A stretch of 10,984 nt of DNA, from contig JBBIJY010000044.1 of assembly GCA_037445735.1 (NCBI GenBank), positions 1 to 10,984 of the forward strand. The letters are read 5' to 3'. The notes below the pieces were generated by a model. The model saw only the letters and a program-made list of their open reading frames with translations. It was not told the origin of the DNA and did not search any database. The translations under genes and the position numbers were made by a program. Shown here in pieces: positions 1-6,359 of this stretch; within the stretch, counting starts at the first letter, position 1, and each line of letters begins with the position of its first letter. This DNA comes from Armatimonadota bacterium (GTDB taxonomy: Bacteria > Armatimonadota > Fimbriimonadia > Fimbriimonadales > GBS-DC).

Positions 1-357
1 GGCGTTGCGACCCGACACCGAATGCACAATCAGCACATCGCCCGCCTGAATAGGCACCTCGCGCACTGCCGTCGCGGCGTAGCCATCGAGCCGCTCCAGC
101 CACGAGGTGAGTGTGATGGGGCGCACATCACAGGTCAAGCCCGGAATAAAGATGGGGCTAATGGGCACCAGCCCGCCCGCGCGATAGACCAGCTCCTCGC
201 TGAGGATGCCCGCGTGCGACGCGCCGAACACCCAGATCAGGTGGTCGTCAGCGAGCGCGTCGGCAATCCACTGCGCCGCCTGCTCCATCACCGCCTGCTG
301 GCTCGCCATCACCGCCTGCAGGCGGGTCAGCACCTGCTGAAAGTAGTCCGTGCGCAT
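1..357 (-). CDS. SIS-domain (sugar isomerase / phosphosugar-binding) protein, UPF0309-like; 5' part only, runs off the left edge
   Basis: Not in the ORF track. Manual translation from ATG (complement 355-357) is open to position 1: MRTDYFQQVLTRLQAVMASQQAVMEQAAQWIADALADDHLIWVFGASHAGILSEELVYRAGGLVPISPIF...LERLDGYA...GDVLIVHSVSGRNA. VFGxSH, E..YRAGGL and GDVLIVHSxSGRN are typical of this SIS family. Confidence 0.88.
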   Translation of the reverse strand, partial: MRTDYFQQVLTRLQAVMASQQAVMEQAAQWIADALADDHLIWVFGASHAGILSEELVYRAGGLVPISPIFIPGLTCDVRPITLTSWLERLDGYAATAVREVPIQAGDVLIVHSVSGRNA

Positions 358-366
358 GGCGACCCG

Positions 367-374
367 ATTATACC
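367..374 (-). promoter_or_regulatory. Putative -10 element (GGTATAAT) for the SIS gene, overlapping the argF stop codon
   Basis: Minus strand reads GGTATAAT-cgggtcgcc-ATG: a consensus TATAAT 9 nt before the ATG, with no Shine-Dalgarno in between. Confidence 0.5.
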
Positions 375-1336
375 GCGCCGAGCATGAGGGCAATCAGCGC
401 TTTTTGCGTGTGGAGGCGGTTCTCTGCCTGATCCCACACGGCGGACTGCTCGCCGTCCAGCACCTCATCGGTGATCTCCTCACCGCGGCGGGCGGGCAGG
501 CAGTGCAGCACAATCGCGTCGGGTCTGGCATGCTGAATCAGGTCGCGGTTCACCTGAAATGGCTGGAAGTGGCGCAGGCGGATTTCGCGCTCGGTCTCGT
601 AGCCCATCGAGACCCACACATCGGTGTAGATGACATCGGCGTCGGCGACCGCCTCATGCGGGTTGTGTGTGAGCAGGAGTTGCCCGCCCGATTGCGTAGC
701 GTTGTGCTGTGCCTGTGCAAGAATTTGCTCGTCGGGTTCATAGCCTTCGGGCGTCGCCACGCGCACCGTGTGCCCCAGCAAGGTGCCGAGCAGGATGAAG
801 CTGTGACACACATTGTTGCCGTCGCCCACCCACGCCAGGGCGAGCGGTCGATCGCCTTTGCGCTCCTGAATGGTCATCAGGTCGGCTAATGCCTGGCAGG
901 GGTGTTCGCGGTCGCTGAGCGCGTTGATGACGGGCACGCCCGCGAACTGCGCCAGCTCGCCCAGCACCGAATGGTGGTAGACGCGCGCGATGATGCCCTG
1001 CACCCAGCGTCCCAGATTGCGAGCGATGTCCATCACCGCCTCGCGCTTGCCCATCTGGATGTCCGACTGAGTGAGGTAGACGCCGTGCGCACCCATCTGA
1101 TATAGCCCGACTTCTAAGGTGACGCGCGTGCGAAGGGAGGGCTTCTCGAAGATGAGCGCGACGGCGGTCGGCTTCTCGAATCGGAACAGCTCGGCGCCCG
1201 CGCGGGTGGCGCGTTTCATCGCGTGCGCCAGCGCCAGCACCACCTCCGCCGCCTCCCGATTAAGGTCAGTGATTGAGAGGAGATGCGACGGAGGAGTCGC
1301 ATTTTTCCAGTGATGATAGTAATCATCAAAATTCAT
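368..1336 (-). CDS. argF: Ornithine carbamoyltransferase
   Basis: Carbamoyl-phosphate motif FEKPSLRTR, HPCQALAD, GDGNNV, ornithine-binding DVWVSMG, HCLP and QAENRLH. GGAGAG lies upstream of the ATG. Confidence 0.95.
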   Translation of the reverse strand: MNFDDYYHHWKNATPPSHLLSITDLNREAAEVVLALAHAMKRATRAGAELFRFEKPTAVALIFEKPSLRTRVTLEVGLYQMGAHGVYLTQSDIQMGKREAVMDIARNLGRWVQGIIARVYHHSVLGELAQFAGVPVINALSDREHPCQALADLMTIQERKGDRPLALAWVGDGNNVCHSFILLGTLLGHTVRVATPEGYEPDEQILAQAQHNATQSGGQLLLTHNPHEAVADADVIYTDVWVSMGYETEREIRLRHFQPFQVNRDLIQHARPDAIVLHCLPARRGEEITDEVLDGEQSAVWDQAENRLHTQKALIALMLGAV

Positions 1337-1351
1337 TGAACCGCTCTCCGC

Positions 1352-2581
1352 TTACCACCGTTTTACACCCGATATGAGAAACTCCACCAGCTCTTTCTTG
1401 GAGTTGCGTTTACGCAACGGTTCGACTCGAATATGGTTTATTCCTGTCTCCTGCATCAGGCGTGCCAGTAGCTGTTCCGTCGGCACAATAACTTCGTAGA
1501 ACTTGGCGTTTCCCGCCACATAGTATATTTGCGCCCCTGCGTGCAGAAGATGACTCAGACTGTGGAGGTGTGTTCGCATGTCCTGAAAATAGCGCAGGAC
1601 ATAGCGTGAAAGCAGATGACTCCGCTTGTCGATAGCCTGTACCAGTTCGCGCAGTTCGGGCAGGGTAGCATAGAGGGATGGATCGTTGAGTTCGAGGCTT
1701 GTCAGGCGGCTGGTGGCAATGCCCCATGTGCCGCCGATGGCTTGCCAGTCCAGCTCACCTGCTTCGCGGGCATCTTTCAGGAAGCCCAGCCAGTAAAGGA
1801 AAGGGCGCACCTCACGGACATAGCTCATCCGATTTGGATAGGGCGGTGAGGTGATGACAATATCGTACAAACGCCCTGGCAGGCAATCCAGCGTGCGTGC
1901 ATCTCCAGCGAAGACTTCCGCTTCGCCGTTTAGCGCTTCCTGCGCAGAGCGCGCGATCCTGCGGGCAGTGTCCAGAAAATCATTCAGTATCAGACCTGAG
2001 TCTTCCTGCAAAAATAAGCTGGGTTCCGCCGCTTTGAAAGTCACTGAGGGGTGATGGTAGCCCGCGTTTGACCATCGTATCAGTGTTTGGCAGAAAGCAA
2101 TCAGGAGAAGATCGGCAACTTGCGGAGGTTCAGCCTCACAAAGGCAGCGGATGGCGGTATACAGGTGAGCCAGTGTGTAAAGGCGTTGAGGTGTCCACCA
2201 GCGATCAATGCGATGCATAGGCGGTATCCATTCGGGGGGTTGAGAGAAGTTGCGCTTGCTCTGAAGGACAGCCTGATAAGCCAGATTGATAGTGCGCTCG
2301 ACGCAGGTCGTCGGGTACTGCTGCACTTTCGCTCGCGCCAGCCACACAAGGAATGGATTAATCTCCACCATATCGCACTGGAAGCCCCGTTCAGCGCAGA
2401 CAAGCCCTGTTGTACCTGTGCCAGCAAAGGGGTCTAACACTCTGCTATGAACAGACGCCTGTTGAAGCAGTTGTTCCACAAGGGTAGCCGCATAGGCGGG
2501 CGTTAGTCGGAGCCAGCCATGCCGCCCATTGCGCAGGTTCGCCTTAAAAGTTAGCTCACTCCGCCGTGTTAACTTCTGCAT
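1352..2581 (-). CDS. DNA amino-methyltransferase, probably N4-cytosine-specific, alpha motif order (409 aa from MQKLTRR)
   Basis: SAM-binding motif I VLDPFAGTGTT near the N-terminus and catalytic motif IV ITSPPY far downstream (SPPY is typical of m4C MTases). Start placed at ATG 2579-2581, overlapping the end of the upstream gene by 26 bp; the longer ORF-track start lies inside the endonuclease gene. Confidence 0.88.
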   Translation of the reverse strand: MQKLTRRSELTFKANLRNGRHGWLRLTPAYAATLVEQLLQQASVHSRVLDPFAGTGTTGLVCAERGFQCDMVEINPFLVWLARAKVQQYPTTCVERTINLAYQAVLQSKRNFSQPPEWIPPMHRIDRWWTPQRLYTLAHLYTAIRCLCEAEPPQVADLLLIAFCQTLIRWSNAGYHHPSVTFKAAEPSLFLQEDSGLILNDFLDTARRIARSAQEALNGEAEVFAGDARTLDCLPGRLYDIVITSPPYPNRMSYVREVRPFLYWLGFLKDAREAGELDWQAIGGTWGIATSRLTSLELNDPSLYATLPELRELVQAIDKRSHLLSRYVLRYFQDMRTHLHSLSHLLHAGAQIYYVAGNAKFYEVIVPTEQLLARLMQETGINHIRVEPLRKRNSKKELVEFLISGVKRW

Positions 2582-3374
2582 CGCCCAACAACACTCCCAG
2601 AATACCCTGCACAGTTTCTCGCAACGCCGAGCTATTTCGCTCGAAAAAGCCTGCCAGATCAAATCCGATGACCGAGTGGCAGAACGCATAGGTGGAACGA
2701 GTGGGATCGTTTCCCCTACTGCCCCGCAAGAGGAGCCATTTTGCACCCATGTATCGCTGAGCCACCACCTCGTCAATCTGTTCGGATAGCACGAGCATCA
2801 CTGGCATATAGCCTGCTGCATAGGCGCGGACTGCGCTTTGAATGTCAGCGTTCTGCCGCTTCGAATCGCGACTCTTGTAGCCCTGTCGCACCTCGAAAAC
2901 GACTCCTTGCAGGCGCCCCGGATCGACATCCTGCAGCCGCTGAGCGGCATCGTGCATCCATGCAGAAAATCGCTCGCGAGCATCGGGGGACCTGATGGCG
3001 TCCCGCTGAACCCTTGCATCCAGCTCCAGAAAGGCGATCCTGCCCGCCTCCCGCTGCACCTGATAGCGCCATTCGATCTGCTTTTTACTGAGTCCCAGAT
3101 GGTCAATCACTATTTGTTGAAAGAGTCTCTGGCAGCCAATCCCCAGCTGGCGGTACAGCGAAGTGATACCGCCACCTGCACGATGTGTTTTATAGACCAG
3201 CGTTGTATCCAGACCAATCCAGTGATAGAAAGGGTCAGCTGCATACTGCTGGAGAAATCGCTCGAGGGAGACAGGTTCCTGTCCACCCAATCGAGGCTGG
3301 TATCCCCGACAAACCTCGAGGGCGTCCAGTAAGATGCGAAGATAGCGCTCCTCTCGTTCGCTCGTCGTTCTCAT
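2556..3374 (-). CDS. Putative Type II restriction endonuclease (PD-(D/E)xK-like), 272 aa
   Basis: Directly upstream of and overlapping the MTase, with typical REase size and a candidate catalytic pattern LELDAR...VVFEVRQGYKSRDSKRQNAD. Its ATG (3372-3374) overlaps the gltX TGA (ATGA). Assignment rests on context plus a motif-like pattern. Confidence 0.7.
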   Translation of the reverse strand: MRTTSEREERYLRILLDALEVCRGYQPRLGGQEPVSLERFLQQYAADPFYHWIGLDTTLVYKTHRAGGGITSLYRQLGIGCQRLFQQIVIDHLGLSKKQIEWRYQVQREAGRIAFLELDARVQRDAIRSPDARERFSAWMHDAAQRLQDVDPGRLQGVVFEVRQGYKSRDSKRQNADIQSAVRAYAAGYMPVMLVLSEQIDEVVAQRYMGAKWLLLRGSRGNDPTRSTYAFCHSVIGFDLAGFFERNSSALRETVQGILGVLLGDAEVNTAE

Positions 3375-4834
3375 GCTGTGTACACCCACTGTTGTGCCTG
3401 GCGGAGTCGGCGCAGCACGCGCGGCTTGCCCAGCACTTCCAGCATCTCAAAGAGGCTCGGTCCTGTCGTGCGCCCGCTGACCGCCACGCGCACAGGATGG
3501 ATCACAGACCCGCCCGACACGCCCAGCCAGGCAATCACCTCGCGCGTCACGCGCTCAATCTCGGGCGCCACAAACGGCTCCAGCGCCTCATACCGCCGGA
3601 TCAGCTCCTCCAGCATCTGCGGGATGTGCGGCAGACCATACCACTTCTTGACCGCACTCTGGTCAATCGGGAACTCCTCTTTGAAGAAGAAGTCGGTCAG
3701 TGTCACCACATCTTTGAGGGTTTTCATCTTCTCCTGCTCCAGCGGGATGACCCGCTCCGCATAGGCGCGGGTCTCGTCATCCAGCGCGGGCGGCAGAAGC
3801 CCTGCCTCCTGCAGGAAGGGCAGGCAGCGCTCCACCAGTTCCTGCGGGCTGAGCTGGCGAATGTAATAGCCGTTCATCCAGAGCAGTTTGTTGTGATCAA
3901 AGATAAAGGGGTTATCCGAGACGCGCTCCAGACGGAACAGCTGAATAATCTCCTCGCGGCTGAGAATCTCGCGGTTGTCGCCGGGGTTCCAGCCGCAGAG
4001 CGCGAGAAAGTTGAACATGGCTTCGGGCAGGTAGCCGTCGCGAATGAACTCGGTGAACTGCACGGCGCCGTGCCGCTTGGAGAGCTTCTGGCGGTCGACG
4101 CCGAGCAGCAGGGGCAGGTGCGCGAACTGGGGCGGCTTCCAGCCCAGCGCCCTATAGAGATTGAGATGACGCGGCATGCTCGAAATCCACTCATCGCCCC
4201 GAATCACATGGGTGATCTCCATCAGGTGGTCATCCACCACATTGGCGAGATGGTAGGTCGGGTAGCCGTCCGATTTGAGCATCACAAAATCGTCGGTGAG
4301 CGCGTTGCGGAAGGTGGTGCGCCCGTGAATCAGGTCGTCGTACTCCACCGTGCCTTCCAGCGGCATGGCGAAACGGATCACATAGGGCAGTCCGTCCGCC
4401 TCGCGGGCGCGCACTTCGGCGGGCGTGAGGCGTCGGCAACGGCGGTCGTACATCGTGACGGATGCACCCTGCGCCCGCTGCTGTGCTCGCATCTGCTCCA
4501 GCTCTTCGGGCGTGCAGAAGCACTTGTATGCTTTGCCCGCCTCCACCAGCTGGTGCGCAATCTGCTGATAAATCGCCAGCCGCTGCGACTGGTGATAGGG
4601 CGCGTGCGGACCGCCCACTTCGGGTCCCTCGTCCCAGTCCAGCCCCAGCCAGCGCAGCGATTCTAAGATTTCGCGCTCCGATTCAGGCACATAGCGGCTG
4701 CGGTCGGTGTCCTCGATGCGCACGATGAACTTGCCGCCGTGATGGCGAGCGAACAGCCAGTTGAAGAGCGCGGTGCGAATGTTGCCCACATGGGGCGCTC
4801 CCGTCGGGCTTGGTGCGTATCGTACCCTTACCAT
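3371..4834 (-). CDS. gltX: Glutamate--tRNA ligase (487 aa from MVRVRYAPSPTG)
   Basis: RYAPSPTG, HIGH-type HVGN, RIEDTD, CFC...YDRRC zinc-binding region, VVDDH..ITHVIRG, KMSKS-type KLSKR, and a C-terminal anticodon-binding domain (PVRVAVSG..GPSLFE). GGAGAGG lies upstream of ATG 4832-4834. Confidence 0.97.
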   Translation of the reverse strand: MVRVRYAPSPTGAPHVGNIRTALFNWLFARHHGGKFIVRIEDTDRSRYVPESEREILESLRWLGLDWDEGPEVGGPHAPYHQSQRLAIYQQIAHQLVEAGKAYKCFCTPEELEQMRAQQRAQGASVTMYDRRCRRLTPAEVRAREADGLPYVIRFAMPLEGTVEYDDLIHGRTTFRNALTDDFVMLKSDGYPTYHLANVVDDHLMEITHVIRGDEWISSMPRHLNLYRALGWKPPQFAHLPLLLGVDRQKLSKRHGAVQFTEFIRDGYLPEAMFNFLALCGWNPGDNREILSREEIIQLFRLERVSDNPFIFDHNKLLWMNGYYIRQLSPQELVERCLPFLQEAGLLPPALDDETRAYAERVIPLEQEKMKTLKDVVTLTDFFFKEEFPIDQSAVKKWYGLPHIPQMLEELIRRYEALEPFVAPEIERVTREVIAWLGVSGGSVIHPVRVAVSGRTTGPSLFEMLEVLGKPRVLRRLRQAQQWVYTA

Positions 4835-4852
4835 CGGCTCAACCTCTCCATC

Positions 4853-4870
4853 GGTAAAAGAGATTTTACC
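4853..4870 (-). promoter_or_regulatory. Putative gltX -10 element (GGTAAAAT, 4863-4870) within a 7-bp inverted repeat
   Basis: GGTAAAA(4853-4859)-gaga-TTTTACC(4864-4870). Minus-strand TAAAAT lies about 28 nt before the gltX ATG, upstream of its SD. Confidence 0.4.
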
Positions 4871-4932
4871 TGCTGCACCTCTGGGAGCCGCCTTCCCTCC
4901 GGAAGGATGGTTCAAGGGCGAGGGCAACTCCT

Positions 4933-5100
4933 GAGGGTGTTCGGAAATTCGGGGCATAGTATCGACCTGAGTGAAGCCCCCTCACCCGTACCCTCTCCCC
5001 CGCCTGCGGGGGAGAGGGGCTAATGACTCCCTCCCCCCGCTGGGGAGAGGGTCGGGGTAAGGGGCAGCCTTTCCTCTGGTTGGATTTTTCGAACACCCTC
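4933..5100. mobile_element. MITE-like non-autonomous element, 168 bp
   Basis: Terminal inverted repeats GAGGGTGTTCGGAAATTC (4933-4950) and GATTTTTCGAACACCCTC (5083-5100), 16/18 match. Immediately flanked by GCAACTCCT (4924-4932) and GCAACCCCT (5101-5109), an 8/9 direct repeat. No transposase. Confidence 0.7.
4978..5064. repeat. GC-rich palindromic intergenic repeat (RIME/CIR-like architecture) inside the MITE
   Basis: Outer arms CCCCTCACCCGTACCCTCTCCCC (4978-5000) and GGGGAGAGGGTCGGGGTAAGGGG (5042-5064) match 20/23 as an inverted repeat. Perfect 13-bp hairpin at 4991-5003/5006-5018 and a second imperfect hairpin at about 5027-5051. Confidence 0.85.
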
Positions 5101-5108
5101 GCAACCCC

Positions 5109-5138
5109 TTGACATTCCTGTCTTGAACAGGGTATCCT
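5109..5138 (+). promoter_or_regulatory. Housekeeping-type promoter for the sigma-factor gene
   Basis: TTGACA (5109-5114), 18-nt spacer, TATCCT (5133-5138, preceded by GG), then SD GGAGG (5152-5156) and ATG 5163. Confidence 0.65.
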
Positions 5139-5162
5139 GCTTTTATCCAGCGGAGGTCAGCG

Positions 5163-5797
5163 ATGCCCGCAAAGAAGCGAGCAAAGGAGCAAGCGGTGCA
5201 TCCAGCAAAATCTCAACCACCATCGCAACTTCGCGGGGGGGGGGTGAACCTGAGTTGGCTGAACTCAATCCCGCTCTGCGCAAAGCCATTCGCCGCGCTG
5301 TTCGGCGCTTCCGACCCACATGCCCACCACCGAACTGGAGCCAGTCCGAATGGCAGGACGAACTCCTGCACGAAGCCGTTCTATGTGCCTTGCAAGCCGA
5401 ACAGGAGTTTGAACCTGAGCGGGGTGTGTGTCTGGAAAAGTTCGCCTATGATCGCATCTGCGCTCATCTGAAGACTTTCACCAACCGCGAGTGGGGTTAT
5501 CAGAAGGCGGTAGTCGCATTTGAAGAAGATGAGGAAACAGGCGAAGTGTGGGAGCCTGTAGATGAGCGGAGTATGGAGGCTTATGAACAGTTAGAGGCTC
5601 GGGTGTTAGTGGAGTGGTTGCGGGGTCAGCTGGAGGAGTGGGAATACCAGTTATGGGTGTGGGTAGCAAAGAAGCGTTCGTATCGGTGGATTGGAAAGCA
5701 GTTAGGAGTCTCGCATGAGGTAGTGCATCGGCGATGGAAACGGTTGCAGGCGAAGCTGCGGGCACTGTTGGAGAATCGGGGTCAAAAAGAGAGATAG
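5163..5797 (+). CDS. Small sigma-70-family (ECF-sized) RNA polymerase sigma factor, frameshifted at a G10 tract as sequenced
   Basis: Region-2-like segment ELLHEAVLCALQAEQEFEPERGVCLEKFAYDRI and region-4 HTH SYRWIGKQLGVSHEVVHRRWKRLQAKLR are in the 5123..5797 frame. The SD-supported ATG 5163 is in another frame and joins it only with G11 or G8 (211 or 210 aa). Alternative in-frame start: TTG 5255. Confidence 0.8.
5235..5244 (+). repeat. G10 homopolymer tract (candidate slipped-strand or frameshift site)
   Basis: CTTCGC-GGGGGGGGGG-TGAACCT; the longest homopolymer seen in the window. Confidence 0.9.
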
Positions 5798-5850
5798 AGG
5801 TGTTGACAAAGAGCAATCGCGGGGCAACTCCATTTAATGGAGGTGCGAGA

Positions 5851-6327
5851 ATGAAAACAAAGGATCTTTTGATGAGGAACGGTGTTGCGAACCAGCGCAA
5901 CGCGGTACGGTTGTTGGGGATACTGGTGTTGTTGATGTTATATCTTCATGCCCTCGGTCAGCAGGAAGAGCCAAGGGAGCTTCCGGATCACAAGTGCGTA
6001 CTTCGCCCGGCAGGTTACTTGTGGCAGCAGAACAGTTGCTTGCAATCGATTGAACCTAACCCAGCTCCTACGGAAGCATATACCCTGTTTGGTTGCTCTG
6101 GTGGATGCCTCAGAGGTAAAACAGATCAAGACATTTATATATGTGAATTTAATCGTGGCACGAGCTGCCTTATGCGTCAGATGGGGTCCTTTGAGATCAG
6201 AGTAACAGAAATTGCCGATTGTGAACCAGCTGGTTCGGGATGCGATTGCATTGATTGGAGACCTGCAGATCCATCCACACCACCACGACTTATTTTTTAT
6301 CCCGATTGTTCAGCACCACCGCAATAG
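5851..6327 (+). CDS. Secreted cysteine-rich hypothetical protein (158 aa, 10 Cys in the mature region)
   Basis: SD GGAGG 5839-5843 and ATG 5851. Basic N-region, hydrophobic stretch LLGILVLLMLYLHALG, likely cleavage ALG|QQ, and 10 Cys including CSGGC and GCDC. Confidence 0.75.
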   Translation: MKTKDLLMRNGVANQRNAVRLLGILVLLMLYLHALGQQEEPRELPDHKCVLRPAGYLWQQNSCLQSIEPNPAPTEAYTLFGCSGGCLRGKTDQDIYICEFNRGTSCLMRQMGSFEIRVTEIADCEPAGSGCDCIDWRPADPSTPPRLIFYPDCSAPPQ

Positions 6328-6359
6328 AAACGCGTTGGCACTAAGGGAGGTGATCGAAA

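Noticed and set aside
1110-1150. SLRT instead of STRT in the carbamoyltransferase, hinting at an N-acetyl- or N-succinyl-ornithine enzyme
   Set aside because: The ornithine-binding DxxxSMG motif and HCLP are intact, which fits an ordinary OTCase; SLRT variants also occur in ordinary OTCases.
2582-2776. 65-aa N-terminal extension of the methyltransferase
   Set aside because: It overlaps the endonuclease gene in another frame and has no MTase-like content; ATG 2581 is more plausible.
3185-4666. Long antisense ORFs (493 aa opposite gltX; also 9569-10702, 350-889, 22-387, 9051-9629)
   Set aside because: Shadow ORFs expected opposite GC-rich genes, with no recognisable motifs.
4835-4957. 41-aa N-terminal extension of GltX
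   Set aside because: It runs into the MITE; GltX normally starts just before RxAPSPTG, and an SD precedes ATG 4834.
4978-5064. Palindrome as a CRISPR repeat, tRNA or Rho-independent terminator
   Set aside because: No repeat-spacer periodicity, no cloverleaf, no U-tract directly after the stems, and it lies between divergent genes.
4739-5096. Short ORFs encoding PSPPPAGERG / PSPQRGEG peptides
   Set aside because: These are translations of the palindromic repeat, not credible genes.
5123-5162. TTG 5123 as the sigma start codon (ORF-track call, 224 aa)
   Set aside because: No SD, and it lies between the -35 and -10 boxes. ATG 5163 has a well-spaced GGAGG.
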